DNA of 56,693 nt from Prorocentrum cordatum (GCA_963575745.1 CAUYUJ010000074.1:62001-118693); one strand, 5' to 3'; positions 35,800-49,780 are shown, numbered from the stretch's first letter. Notes: a model not told the origin generated them from the letters alone. Made by a program: numbers and translations.

Positions 35800-37210
35800 A
35801 ACCCGCCGTTCGCCCCTCGGGTTCCAGTGCGCGTCGTTGACTCCGCGGTGCGCTTCCCTTCCAGCAATGGCCGCAGCGGCAGCCGCAGCGGGACCAGCAA
35901 ACCCTGGCGCAGCCGACCCAGGTGTCGATGTGACATTACCCGAAGTCCGAGAGGCATGAGGGCTGGTTTGCGGATCTGTGCCAAGCCGGTTGCGAGAGCT
36001 GAGACTTCAGGCACGTGGGCACCGCGGTCAAGGCCAACCACAAAAGGCCCGAAGTGATTTTCTGAGCGCAGTGTTTCACAGGGGACCACGATTGCTGGCA
36101 ACGATGAGGCGTTCACAATTTTGCAGAGGGCTATTTTTTCTTGATTTCAGTTATCAGCCGCAACATGTGCTGCGAGGGACAGTTCAACCACTTGATTTGA
36201 CATGTGAGGAACATTCCAACATCGAGCGAACACATCGGAAAATGTTACCACTATCGCTGAGGCAATACAGTCTGCAGGGAACGCCCTGGCTGGCGGAGGT
36301 GGAAGCACGCCCGTGAGCGAATACAAGGTTGTCCAACAGTTAGAAATGTTCTCAGGTGACAGGTTGTTGCATGCACTCGCCCAAGTGAAACACGTTTTTT
36401 GTTTGTTTTTTTCCCCTCGAAATTCCGCAAGAATTTGAGCAGCAAGTTTGAAACCATGGATGGGGCAGTACCCGGTGACGAAGGGGACGATCTGATAAAG
36501 AGTATGAACGAGAGGTCAGCAGTTAGCGAGTACACAAAGGCGTCGGGCATCAAGAGAAAGCAAGCTGATGAAGCAAAGGGGGGAGCAGAGTTCGACGGCG
36601 ACCATGCCAAGTCGGACGGGAACTCTGGGTACTTGTAAGGGGGGGGGCAGAGCCGCGGGGGAAGCTTAAGGTCTACATGAAGGAGGCGGCTTGGTGGCGT
36701 ACCAACAAAAATTCAAGTGGTGTTCTGCGGTTGCCGGAATTTCACTTTCGCACACGATAGATGTGGCCATGAGTTCCGAAAAGCCGAGGACATGAATGAC
36801 GTTGTTGTGCAGCTTGAGCAGTGGAGTGCGTTAGTCGAATCCTTGGAAAATTATGAGTCTGTCTAATGTTAGCCACTGCCGTTCAGGGTTACAGCCTTGG
36901 GGGTCGTTGTGACCGATGCAGGTGATTTGTTCGATGACTGGTTACAGGATTGCGTCAGAACTCCAGAGTCATTGAGCTAAATGCGAGCATTGGGCGCGGA
37001 AGAAAAGGGCTAGGCGCAGACTCGCAGAGCGCCGATGCCGTGGACAGTGGCTAGGTTAGCGGTGGCGACCGTGAAACTTGGGCGCCAGTCGAGACTATGC
37101 AGCTTATTATGTCTTGGTCGGAAATAGGTGGTTCTGGATCGTGGAAGGTCTGGTCAAGAACGGCAGCGAGAACGAATTTATTGAAATGCCATGGCGAGGG
37201 TAATTGGCCC

Positions 37211-37528
37211 GTGCGTTGCAGGTGCGGAAGGCATGGGCACACTGTGAAGGACTGCGCCACCAAAGGGCTCGCGAACGAAAAAGGAGGCAGATAAGGGGAA
37301 CGCGGAGGGGTCGACGTTATCACGGGGCGCAGGCAGGCGGGCGCGAAGGAGGATATCGCGGCGCCTTGCAGGGGGGTCGTGGCAAGGTAGGCCGCGAAGG
37401 GGCCCTCCGGAGGCTGCCGAGGGGGCCGAGCCGCAGGCTGGAGAGGGGGAGGTAGAGGAAGAATTTTGTTTACCCGTGAGAGGGAGTGTTGCAACTGCGG
37501 CGAACGGGGTCACGTCGCAGCCCGCTGC
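37211..37528 (+). pseudogene. copia gag zinc knuckles (two CCHC)
   Basis: RCRCGRHGHTVKDC and CCNCGERGHVAARC. Confidence 0.8.
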
Positions 37529-39288
37529 CCCGGCGGGGCCAGCTGGGTTGCCGCGGGTCAAGGGGTTGCAGGGGGGCAGGATAGCCCGCGCAGCTGTCGG
37601 GGCAATCTCTGCCGAGGCCAGATGCTACAGCGTCGAGATGGTCGAAGTGATTGGCAAATGTGATGCAGTGGGCGGCCTCGAACGATTGGGACCTGTTCAG
37701 GGGGGGCAGGAGTGGGGGGCGTAGTATCGGGCGATGTAGATGAGGGTCAGAGGGGCAGGGTAAGGGATCAAGGGGGAGCGTGTACCAAATGCGCGCGGCG
37801 TTAACAGCGACCGTGGCGCCGACTGCGGCGAACGGACTGCGGAGTGCATAGAGCGGGAGAAACGTTTGATGCAGAACGTGCGCCACTTCACATTTTGTGG
37901 TGATGGAAGGGCCCGATGAGAAAGTCAAGGCGGTGCCGGTGAGGGGCCAGGAGAGCGGCGCGGAAACAATAGTTGTTGCCGTGGGCCCAAGGGCCTACGG
38001 CGCCGTTGGACCCCCCAGCATCGGATATTGCTTCTCCGTCAAGACCGCGGAGACTTCCGACGGCGGTGAACTCTGCAATGCAGCGCATGGGACAGTCATC
38101 TGGAGCCATGCGCAGCCGGCTACTGTGACGTAGGAGCGAAAAGCATGGTCCATGGTGAGCGCGTTTATCCAGGTGGCGGATGTTTAAACAGTGGCTCGGG
38201 TTTGCCCGTGAGATTGTCGCGGCGGGGTATCGCGCGGTGTTCGATCGAGACAGCGAGCGGCGATCGCGCGGTTGCCTCGAGCGCGAGGCAATTGGGCGAA
38301 AGACGCGATTTACGAGAGCAGATTGTAACTTCCATGTCGCCATCCAGGTCGCAGAACGGGCTGCGCGTCGAGAGAGGGCGAAGAAGGTCGATGAGGCCAA
38401 CGAGGAGAGATTTGAGGGTTTTCCTAGACGGGGAACTCATGGCGGACCTGTTCTATTGAGTCTGGCTGAGCCCGTGGGCCCGAGACAAAACCTAGTCACC
38501 GTGAATTTGAGGGGCGACCAAGAGGGCGGGGATGGGGGCGGCGCCCTGAGTGGCCCGGGGATGTTTCTGTTGGAGAGGAGGCCGAAGCGCCCAGAGGGAT
38601 TGCGCGTGTCTTGGGGCAATGCACAGGTGCAGTTCAGCTGTGCTATAATAATTCGCTAGCCCCGCCGAAGCTGGCACCACCGCTACGTCGAAGGAAAAGC
38701 GCGGGGAAGGGGGTCGTGCGGAAAGAAGTTTGGTGCGCCAGAACCAGGCGCGGCAGCGATCTCAGTTAACTACGCGCGGCTAAGTGGGAGGAAGCGGAGA
38801 CGGCGAGAAGAGTTGCAGAAGAAGCCCAATCATCGCCGTGCATTGCCAGAGCGCCGAATTAACTTAGAGCCGAGTTTATTCAAAATGGGTGTTGTTCCAT
38901 ATTCAATGAATGCGTTTTCTGTTATGATTCTGCCCCCTGGGCGCAAGGGCGACCCTCGAAAATGGTGGTGGTGGTGGTGGTGGTGGTGGTGGGGGGGCGT
39001 CGTCCACTTCGGCTCCCAAGGAAGCTGTTGGAGCATCGTGCGGGTAGAAGCCCGCGATGGAATCGGCGGGGCAATCAGACTCGTGAGGGGCCAAACTAGA
39101 ACGTTCAAGAGTGCGGTCGGCTTTGGGCGGCAAAGATAACATTGTCTCGGCGCCGACATCGCAGAGCGGATTTCGTTCGGAAAACATTAGGATGGGCTTG
39201 GAGTGTCCTGCGATAATTTCGTTCCGGACTTCGAAGTGAATGCCGTGCGGGTATAGTGAAGATGAACGCAAGTCCACGTGAAATCCAT

Positions 39289-40351
39289 TCCCAGCCATCC
39301 TGTGGTGTTGGGTCTTCGTTCTGAAGAGACAGCGCCCCGCGTCTCACCTCACCTCGCCTCGCCTCGCCCCCCTCCCTCCTCCTCCCCCTCCTCCCTCCTC
39401 CCATCCGCCTCGTCATCGTCATCGTCATCGTCATCACCGTCATCATCATCGCCATCGTCATGATCCACATCGCCATGATCATCACCATCGCCATCGTCGG
39501 CGCCGCGCCCCTCGCGCGATTCGTGGCCCCGCAGGGAGGTCCGCCGAAGGCCCCAGTGGCGGGGTCCGCATGCGGGGGCCGCCACCCGTTTTGGCACGCC
39601 CCTCACATTGTTCGTGGCCGTATAGGGAGCTCCACCGAAGGCCCCAGTGGCAGGGCCCGCGTGGCGCCGCAGCCCCATTTTGGCGCACCCCTCACACGGT
39701 TCGTGGCCCCATACGGAGCTCCACCGAAGGCCCAATGGCAGGGTCCACATGGCGGCGCCGCCCCGTTTTGGCACACCCCTTCACGCGGTTCGTGGCCCCA
39801 CATGGAGCTCCACCGAAGGCCCCGCCGGCAGGGTCCACATCCCATTTTGGCGCACCCTTTACTCGCTCCGCCGAGGGCCCCAGTGGCATGGTCCACATGG
39901 CGGCGCCGCCCCATTTTGGCGCACCCCTCGCACGGTTCGTGGCCCCATAAGGAACTCCACCGAATGCCCCAGTGGCAGGGTCCACATGGCGGCGCCGCCC
40001 CATTTTGGCGCACCCTTTCACACGGGTAATGGCCGCATAGGGAGTTCCACCGATGGCCCCAGTGGCAAGGTCCACATGGCAGCACCGCCACATGTCGGCA
40101 CACCCTCGCACGGGTCGCGGCCTCATGGGGAGCTCCACCGAAGGCCACATAGTGGCAGGGTCCACATGGAGGCGCCGCCCCATCGTGCCGCACGCTTCAC
40201 ATGGTTCGTGGCCCCATAGAACTCTCCACCGAAGGCCCCAGTGGCAGGGTCCGCATGGCGGCGCCGCCCCATTTTGGCGCACCCCTCAAACGGTTCGTGG
40301 CCCCATACGGAGCTCCACCGAAGGCCCCAGTGGCAGGGTGAAGGATGCGCG
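39289..40351. mobile_element. Satellite-bearing element (head, CT/CAT linker, ~89-bp array with the 39-bp core) nested in copia pol
   Basis: Head homologous to 25436-25490; array spans 39521-40340. Copia RT sequence (AAxPPLE) resumes immediately after it. Confidence 0.82.
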
Positions 40352-41640
40352 GCCATCCTCCACTGGAAGTGCAGAAACTGGAGTTCTCCATGGGAGGCGC
40401 CGATGGGGCTGGGACATGGCCGAGGGGGGCGCGAGGAAGGGCGACTTGAGCTTGGGTTCATTGACGTTGGGCTCGCGCGCCTTCGCGCTGATGCCAGGAG
40501 GGGCATCTCCGCCAAGTTGCCGGAAGAAGATCGATCGCCAGGCATGCGCGGGAGACAGTTGAAGTCAATGTGCGGCGCCGGGGGAGCCGCCGACAACTGG
40601 GGGGGCAGCTGCGCGGACTCCGTGCGCGACTTTGGCTTCGACGGCGAGAAGCTGCCACCGTGCGCGGTCAAACGTATGGCAGGGCGAATCTTGCTAGTGG
40701 CTCACGTGGGCGATTGTATCTCATTGGGCAATGATGATGATCTTGACTTGTGCGAAGATGAACTCTAGAAGGAACTCGATGTTTGAATGGGGGGGCAGAA
40801 TTGGACTTGCGCCAGAAGATTCGAGTCAGTCCGAATTCTTCACTGGGCTGTGGGATTGAAGCTGAGTGGGTAATGTCATGAGGTTGATCAGAGGCATGCT
40901 GAGATATTTGTCAAAGAGTTAGGCCTGGAGCAGTTCAGTGCGAGGTGTGCGATGCCAGGTGAAGAGCTAGCTTGCGAGGAAGGGGGCGATGGGGCCCCTG
41001 CCAAGTCATGGAGTCGGAACTGCTTTAGGGGCCAGGGCGCTGGGCCGTTCGGATTTGCAGTATTCAGTCAAGAAGTTTGCGCGTTCGATGTCAGCCCCAA
41101 CCCGTTGGGCATGGGCGGGTCTTGCCGCGTTGGGCAAGTGCCCTAAGAACCACAATGGGTGTAGGTACCCGTATTTGTACGAAGCATGCCCTAGTGAGTT
41201 AACTATGTGGACAGATACCGGCTATGCAGGTTGCAAAGAAGCGCGGGAATCGGCAATCGGAGGTGCAGTGATTTGGGTGTCGCACCCTATCGAGCCATGG
41301 AGTTTTATTCAGTGTGCAGTGGCGCAGTTTTATCGTGAAGCGGAGTATTGCGGAAGAGCTAAAGGTGTGTCAGTGGCTTTGGGATTGCAAGCGGTTCTGA
41401 GATTTATTGCGGTATCTCGTTGCAGAGCGATGCGACTGCAGCCGTTGCCATTGCGAGCAATCGCGGGTTGAGAAACGTCAGACGCATCGAATTCTGCCAG
41501 CTTTGGTTAGTGCGAGGAGACATCTACGTGATCAAGACCGGAATTTATGATATTTTCGCATATGTTTTTATTGATGATGTGATCAGGGACAGCATGCCCA
41601 TGCATGCGCGAGGTACCAACGTACGTTTCCTTAACGGAAC
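40352..41640 (+). pseudogene. copia reverse transcriptase and RNase H, frameshifted
   Basis: PPLE; FIDV...LPEED..PGM...KSMCG..GAADNW; AHVGD (VHGDD); RSDLQYSVK; WTDTGYAGC..ARESAIGG; EAEY; SDATAA..GL..VRRIE..QLWL. Confidence 0.92.
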
Positions 41641-42044
41641 ACGCGAGGTGGCACCCGCTACGGAGTGTGAGCTCAATCCATGTCCCTGATATCATCGCGA
41701 GGCGCTCTGCCGGGGACTGCCTGAGCTCAGGATAAGTTGAGCTCCGGGTGCTCGCTTTTGCGATTCACGGTTGGATAAAGCATAGATCGGGACTCACTGT
41801 TTTGTGGTATCTAAGTCGTGTGTCGCGTGTTAGGGGGCGCTTGCACCATTCCGCCAAAACATAGTCGTCTTATGCTTGCAGTAACTAGTTCTAAATTTAG
41901 TTGCTTCGCTATATAAGTTGACCTGATAGGATTGATCCTGGCTTCGTTGCACTGCTTACTTGTTTTGAATCCATCGTTTGCCCAGTCGCTCTTTCAGTTT
42001 ATGTTTCGCTGGTCTCCACACCCGGCTTATCAGCCGATATGGGG

Positions 42045-42192
42045 TGTTAGATTATAGCGCTCCGATTGGGTGCACAAGTTACGCTAGCGGAGCTGTCAGA
42101 CGCCGAAGTGTGTTAGACATATTTGTTTGGTAGAACAGCTTGGCTCGAGTTCCATGTGCTTCCAGGGAGAAAATGGCTCCGACCATTTTGCA
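42045..42192 (+). repeat. 3' LTR of the copia element (TG...CA)
   Basis: tgttagattatagcgctccg ... ccattttgca, preceded by a short purine run gatatgggg. Confidence 0.85.
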
Positions 42193-43184
42193 GGACGAGG
42201 ACGAGGACGAGGATGGCGACGATGACGACGACGACGACGACGAGGACGACGACGACGATGACGACGACGACGACGACGACAACGCAAGCGACGATTACCG
42301 CGACGAAGACGCCGATTATGATGGTGGTGGTGATGATGATGATTATGAAGATGGTGGTGGCGGTGATGCTGATGATGGTGATGAGATGGGGGAGGAGGAC
42401 AACGGAGATGATGACGAGGATGGGGGGGTGACCAGTGTAAGCCCAAGGATCACCCACGCTGAGGCAAAGCCTTCCCTCAAAGTTCCTTCTTCGCAAGCTC
42501 CTACAACGATTCATTCCCACAGCGGGAATAGCCCCGTAAGGAGATAACCATTTGAAAGTCTTCAACCGTGCCTCAACACCATTTTTGGGACCTCGACGCC
42601 GCGAGTCGACGTCACTGGCGCGACCGGACGATTTCAAATCGCGCCAAAACATCGTCTCTGTGACGCCAACACCGCGAATCAACCTGCCTGTCCCGCCCTG
42701 ACAATTCCACATCGTGCCAAAATCTCATGTCAGGGACGTCAGCCATTATAATCCTTGAAATTGCTGTAGACCTTGAAGACGGGTGTGCGCAGCGGTTGGG
42801 CTAAAACCACACTTTAAAGCATGAGCCGTGACGAATGTGCGCGGGTCCAAATCGAGCGCCACCTGTTGAAGAGGTACCGTTTCCCATCCGTGAATTTGCT
42901 GCAAACTTTAAGGCCAATGTGCGAGGCGTTAATGCGAGAACTACATTTTGAAAACGGACTGCCCTCCATCCGTGAAGTTGTGGCGGGCGGAAGTCTCAGG
43001 CAAACGCCTGGCCTGCCCTACGGACCCGTCTCGGGGTGCGACAGGGTGGAGTTATTTTATACGGAAAAGGGATGGAAGATGACAAGGAACGCCGTCACAT
43101 GTGACACCTTTCGTTTACACTTCTTGATGGGCACTCACATACTGCAGCTGGGCAGTCTTGAGAAACCCTCATATAATTACCCCT

Positions 43185-43736
43185 TTGAGGCCTTTTGGGG
43201 CCTCTTGGTGGCCTCTTGGGGCGGAAGGCTCTAATTTCGGTTTTCACCCTCCTGGGCCCTTCTTAGGGCCGTCTTAGTGCTCAGTTGGGCCGTTTTCGGC
43301 GCTCTTTTGGCTGTTTTGGGCCTCTTGGGCCGCCTTGGAGCGTCGGAAGCTTGATGAGGCGAACGCCCGAAAGACATGATAACATTCAGACAATCAATGG
43401 TGTTTGCCTCTCGGGGCCCTCTTGGGAAGGCTTTTGGGGCTCTCTTGGGACACCTCGAAGGCCTCGTGGGCAGTCTTGAAGCCATCTTGGGCCGCCTTGA
43501 GGCCGACGTTGCTAGTCTTAGAATGAGATTGGGCCGTGTTGGAAGCACCTGGGCTTCGGGAGCGCGAGCCTGTCGTATTTTGTGAGGGGTTGGCCCCGGG
43601 AAAGGGGGCGTTGCACGCCGCTGGGCGCGTCCCGAGGGGCGGGGGGGGGGGGCCCTTCACAACATTACGGAGAACCCACCAGACAGCGCTCGGCATTCTA
43701 GTACGCCCCAGCGTGCCTCGGGGCACGGTGGCAGCT
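43185..43736 (-). mobile_element. (GGCCTCTTGGG)n-family Helentron/DINE-like element with subTIR and IR hairpin end
   Basis: cgtgcc-tcgg-ggcacggtggcag (43712-43734) mirrors 2583-2606, with the same internal repeats. Confidence 0.7.
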
Positions 43737-43916
43737 TGCTTATTCTAGTCTTGACATCACCCGGGCAAGGTGCCCCGCCCCGCCCCCCCACCCCCCCAGG
43801 AGGCGCCTGCCATGGGCGCGTTCCTGGGCGCGTCCCTGCCAGCGGTGCGCTGCGCGATCCCAGCTGCTCGCCGCCCTCCGCTGCTGCTGCCCAGTCGCTG
43901 ATCAGTGGTTCAAGGT

Positions 43917-44328
43917 GCTGATGATGATGATGGTGCGGATGCTGCTCATGCTGCTGCTGCTGCTTCTGATGGCGTTGATGATGTTGGTGGTGATGGTGAT
44001 GACGACGACGATGATGATGAGAATGATGATGATGATGCTGATGATGCTGATGATGATGCTGATGCTGCTGCTGTTGCTGATGGCGTTGTTGTTGATGATG
44101 CTGAGGAGGCTGATGGTGCTGATGCTGCTGCGGCTGATGTTGATGTAGCTGCTGCTGCTGCTGATGCTGATGCCAATAATGATAATGATGCTGATGCTGA
44201 TGCTGATGATGCTGATGATGATGCTGATGATGATGCTGCTGCTGCTGATGCTGATGTGCTGCTTATGACGATGATGACGATGCTGCTGCTGCTGATGATG
44301 ATGACGATGATGATTATGATGATGATGC

Positions 44329-44384
<56 letters not shown>

Positions 44385-44757
44385 GTGGTGGTGATGATGA
44401 TGATGGTGATGATGATGATGCTGATGATCATGGTCAAGATGGTGTCAATGATGAGCACGACGATGCTCATTATGATGAAGACAGCGAGGACAAGGATGAG
44501 GAGGAGGACGATGGTTCTGGTGGTGAAGAGGAGGAGGCAAAGTCGGAAGAGGAGGAGGGTGAGGACGAGGAGGAGGAGGAGAAAGGGAGCAAGAAAGGTT
44601 ATCCGACATGACGGATGCGGAGGACGCGGAGGAGGAAGAGGAGAATGAGGAGAATGAGGAGGATGAGGAGGATGAGGAGGAGAAGGAGGAGGAGGCAGAT
44701 GATGAAGATGAGTTTGAAGATGAGGGCGAGGATGAGGATGAGGATGATGATGAGGAC

Positions 44758-44824
<67 letters not shown>

Positions 44825-45145
44825 ATGTTCTTGTTCTTGTTGTTGTTTGTTGATGATGATTCTGATGATGCTGCTGATGATGATGTTGATAATGATGATG
44901 CTGATGATGATGAGGGTGATGCTGATGATGCTGATGCTGATGCTGAAGCCCATGCTGATGCTGATGCTGATGATGATCATGATGCCGGCGATTACGACGA
45001 GCAGGAGGATGATGAGGAAGCTGGTTGTGGTGGTGGTAGTGAAGAGGAGGAGGAGGAGAAGTCAGAACAGGAGGGGGAGGATGCGGAAGAGGTAAAGGAA
45101 TAATAATGGAAGGAAGGACTTACGGCATAACGGATGATGATGATT

Positions 45146-45194
<49 letters not shown>

Positions 45195-45313
45195 CGATGA
45201 TGATGATGATGATGCTGATGCTGATGCTGATGCTGATGCTGATTCTGATGCTGATGCTGATGCTGATGCTGATGATGATGATGATGATGATGATGAGATG
45301 GTGGTGGTGCTGG

Positions 45314-45359
<46 letters not shown>

Positions 45360-45425
45360 GGTGGTGGTGGTGGTGGCGGTGATGGTGATGGTGATGGTGA
45401 TGGTGGGGGTGGTGGTAGGAGGGTG
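43917..45425. repeat. Long (GAT/GCT/GAG/GGT)n low-complexity tract
   Basis: Read directly from the sequence. Confidence 0.96.
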
Positions 45426-45434
45426 ATGAGAATG

Positions 45435-46365
45435 AGGGCCGCGCCACCGCCAGACGTGCATGCTGTCTTCGGGCGGCGAGGGCACGGTGGCGTTCGGGTC
45501 CACGGCGCTTTCAAGGCCGCCGCTGCGCACCGTGAATGCACAGTGTGCAATCGCCACCCGTTGCCGGCTCGGCTTTGCTGCCCCGCCCCAGCACGGCTCA
45601 GCATGTGCACTGCGCAAGGCTGGAGATGATGACCCATGTGGCACGCCACTGAACGCCAACCTTCAACATCCCAGCCTCTGCCCTAAGGGCCGCGCAGGGC
45701 GCCTGCGGTGCCACAGTGCAGCGGCAGCGGTGCTCCGGCGCCGCCTGGAACGGACTGGCGCGTTCGTCGACGCCGAGCGTATTATCCCGTCCTGGTGGAT
45801 GGCGAGGTCCGTGAGCGCATCATGGATTTTGCCACGTGGTGGCCCGCCTCGGGGCGCCGCCTTCTGAATCGACGTCGCCGTGCCGTCGCCCTTCGCGACT
45901 GAGCTGCGGCGCCCGCCCGAGCTGCCGGCCGAGGCCGCGCTCGGCGGCGCGGCAGACGAGCGGTCGCGCTGCGGCGACGCCGTGGCCCCGCTCGCGCCTC
46001 GAGCTGGTCGGGCGCCTCGGGCAGGCGGCGCCGCGGCTCCTCGCCGCGCTGCACCAAGGACGGCGGCCAGCTGCGGCCGGCTCCGCCCAGGGACGGGGCG
46101 CGCGGCGGAGCTGGCGCGCCCTGCGCGCCGAGCTGGAGGCGGCCGCCGTGCGCGGGTGCGCGCAGCAGCCGCTGGCGGCGCGGGGGCAGCAGCGCAGTCC
46201 AGACGCTCGGGTGGCCCGCTCGCCGCGCCCTCGGCCGGCGCGGCCACGGCGCCGCGTGGCGGCGCGGCGGGGCACCTGGGCCAGCCGGCTCGCGAGCAGC
46301 GCGCGCGGGTGGGGTGAAGCTGAGCATGCAGGAGTGGCGGGGCACTGGCGCGCAGGCTTGCTCGT
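45435..46365 (+). mobile_element. 5'-truncated CRE/R2-like non-LTR retrotransposon tail (zinc knuckle plus restriction-like endonuclease)
   Basis: RCRLG...C...CGTPLNANLQHPSLCPKG...RCH (CCHC and RH), GAFVDAER, RIMDF, LIDVAVPSPFA and AALGGAADERSRCG..VAPLA match the PD-(D/E)xK RLE layout. Frameshifted, and flanked by trinucleotide repeats. Confidence 0.75.
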
Positions 46366-47075
<710 letters not shown>

Positions 47076-47807
47076 GTAGGTAAGAGAAAACGTAAGGAGG
47101 AGGGAGGGAAGAGGGTGGACGATGTGGATGATAGGTGAAAGGAGGGACGGATGAGGCTGGGGCGATGAGAAGGCGAAGAAGTATTCTCCGCGAAGACAAA
47201 GCTAGAGCAAAAACGGCACGGCGATGAAAGTCAACACGCCGTTAGAGAACAATGCTGTTGGAACCCTATGTATCACACGAAGACCCAGACGATCGTACTG
47301 CGTAGTGCAAGGTCGGCTCCACATCGAGGGAACGAACCTGTGAGGCCGAACCTAGAACAAGTCATGACTGCGGCACAGTGAAGGTCCACTTCGAGGAACA
47401 CCCAGGCATTAGATGATATCTGCTTCTCAATGTTGCCGCGAGGCGCGCACGCCAAAAAGGAATCTACCGATGAGCTGGCCGTGGCGCGCAACCACGCACG
47501 TTGCCAATATGGAAGGCTTGATAATTCTCTTGTGGGTGCTGTTGTTGGTTTTGATTGGGATTTATTGTCTTGCCGATGTTGATATATCTGTTCTCCTCGT
47601 TGTTTATACACTTTTCGTTTGTGTTCTGTTTGTTTCAGCCTTCTTTACCATTTTATTTACACGTCTTATTGTTATTGTGCTTCTGAGTATTCTGATTATT
47701 CTCCCTCTCCCCCAGAGACACATCCTCCCCTGTCCTCCTCCTGTCCTCCTCCGTCGGCACTACGACGGCGACAACGACGACGACGGCAACTGCGACGACG
47801 TCGGCTG

Positions 47808-47838
<31 letters not shown>

Positions 47839-48037
47839 CCGTGCCGCCCGCCAGAACCCGACCCAAGCCAGTGGTGCGCTGGAGTCGCTCGGGCTCGGCG
47901 GCGGTGCTGGCGTCCAACGGGGGTTGGGGAGGTCCTCCCTCCATGCCTCCCTTCTCCTCCCTCCCTCCCTCCCTCCTCCTCCTCTTCCTCCTCCTCTTCT
48001 TCTTCCTCCTCCTCCTCCTCCTTCTCTCAAGCTTCAG

Positions 48038-48231
48038 GCGAAAAAGTGCGTGATGGTGCCTATCTGGACCTTGCCGCGCCCGTCTCTCATCGAGGAGGTC
48101 CGCGCCGACATGGCATCCATACACGCCCCGCGGCGAGATTTCCAAATTGAGGCGATGGCGAAGTTCTCGGGCGTCTTCAACGGGCCTGGGGCTACGCGTG
48201 ATATTCAATGGCGTAGCCCCGGTCTGACGTG
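48038..48231 (+). CDS. Candidate internal exon of an unidentified gene
   Basis: Polypyrimidine tract with ttcAG|G acceptor and G|GTgaga donor. The open frame reads AKKCVMVPIWTLPRPSLIEEVRADMASIHAPRRDFQIEAMAKFSGVFNGPGATRDIQWRSPGLTW. Confidence 0.45.
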
Positions 48232-48535
48232 GTGAGAGCGTTCACGGCTACTTGGGGGGACTTCTTGCGCGCCTCTGCGGGTGGGCATTCAGATATACAG
48301 CGCTGAGGTCACCGCACAGCCTGTCACCGTAACCTGTTCGGCTCGGGTCGGGTAGGCCTTGCACCAGACGGGGCGTGAGCCGTGTGATACTCGAGCTGCG
48401 GCCTGGCGGGTTGGATGCCTTCCGCGTCCTGGCCAGCCTCCGACGGCCCGCTCCCGCGTGCGAGCTGCTCCCACGTGCGAGCTGCCCCGCACAGCCTCGT
48501 GGCCCCAAAAAGCTTGTCCCGAGCCCTCGCCAGGG

Positions 48536-48742
48536 TTAAGTCGGGCCTGTCCCCCTACAGGGGGATTTTCCGCGAAGAATAAAAAATACCCAGAGAATAG
48601 CCAAAAAACATAATCCAAAAAGAGTCAGGGGACTTTTTTTTATTATTCTTTTAATTTTTTAATATATATATATATATATATAGATATAAAAACATTTTGG
48701 TGCATCTTCATTTTTATAGATGTATATATATATGTATATATG

Positions 48743-48802
<60 letters not shown>

Positions 48803-48841
48803 CGTCGAAAATCCCCCTGTAGGGGGACACGCCCGACTCAA
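48536..48841. mobile_element. MITE with ~35-bp TIRs (TTAAGTCGGG...), 8-bp TSD cgccaggg and (AT)n interior
   Basis: cgccaggg|ttaagtcgggcctgtccccctacagggggattttc ... gaaaatccccctgtagggggacacgcccgactcaa|cgccaggg. Confidence 0.9.
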
Positions 48842-48892
48842 CGCCAGGGCACGGCTCCCATCGGCGCCCACGGGCGCCCGGCCGCGGGGCCT

Positions 48893-49780
48893 CCAGCCTC
48901 TCCCTCCTCCCCACGGGCGCCGGCCCCCTGCGCGCCGGCCCGGCGGCGCTCGCCGGCGAGCGGCGGCGGCCGCGGTGGTTCTCGCCGTCGGTGCGCTCCT
49001 CCCCTTGGCCTATACGCCTCGGAAGTATGGCGTGCGGCGAACTGCTGTGAGCCAGGAGACGAACAGTTTTTTCCACTGCAAAGCCTCGAGCCTCTCCCTC
49101 CCCACCCACGGATGCTGGCCCCCTGCGCGCCGGGCCGGCGGCGCCACTCGCCGGCGAGCGGCGGCGGCCGCGGTGGCTCTCGCCGTCGGTGCGCTCCTCC
49201 CCTTGGCCTATACGCCTCGGAAGTATGGCGTGCGGCGAACGCTGCTGTGAGCCAGAGGACGAACAGTTTTTTCCACTGCAAAGCCTCGAGCCTCCCTCCT
49301 CCCCACCCACGGGCGCTGGCCCCCTGCGCGCCGGGCCGGCGGCGCCACTCGCCGGCGAGCGGCGGCGGCCGCGGTGGCTCTCTCCGTCGGTGCGCTCCGC
49401 CCTCGGCCTCTACCTCTTGGCCTCCTAGATGGGGTCGGAGCAGACGGGGTCGGAGGTTCGAGCCGCCTCGCCGATGCGTCGCCGATGCGGCTCGATGTGC
49501 GGCCCGATTTGCTTCGCGTCAACGTCGCCGATGCATCGCCGAAGTCGACGATGCATCGCCGGTGCATCGCCGATGCATGGCAGATGCATCGCCGATGTAT
49601 CGCCGATGCATCGGCGATGCGACGCGATCCTCCGACCCTATTTTCTCCGACCCCATCTAGGCGGCCTCTAATACCCCATCTACTCCGACCCCATCTAGGC
49701 GGCCTCTAATACCTCTGAAGTATGGCATGCGACGAACGCTGCTGTGAGCCAGAAGACAAGCAAACTTTCTGTTGCAAGGA
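48893..49780 (+). repeat. ~200-bp tandem repeat (3 units), last unit split by a MITE
   Basis: gccccctgcgcgccgg...gaagtatggcgtgcggcgaac...gaacagttttttccactgcaaagcctcgagcctc is repeated. Confidence 0.9.
49418..49709. mobile_element. MITE with ggcc.cctagatggggtcggag TIRs, ~7-8-bp TSD (tacctct) and internal (GCCGATGCATC)n
   Basis: TIRs and flanking tacctct repeats. The neighbouring tandem units show the empty-site context. Confidence 0.8.

Larger units (their letters stand above)
35641..42192 (+). mobile_element. Degenerate full-length Ty1/copia LTR retrotransposon
   Basis: Paired ~150-bp LTRs, PBS-like tggcagcgg, two gag CCHC knuckles, integrase-like segment, copia RT and RNase H in copia order. 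Flanks ggagg/ggacg may be a 5-bp TSD with one mismatch. Confidence 0.88.

Noticed and set aside
39294..40359. gccatcct as a definite 8-bp TSD of the satellite-bearing element
   Set aside because: The left copy lies within the head hairpin shared with 25436-25460, and the right copy can be explained as copia AAxPPLE codons. It is kept only as a possibility.
42821..43234. 137-aa ORF in a lower-GC unique island
   Set aside because: No recognisable motif, weak codon bias, and it ends inside a repeat element.
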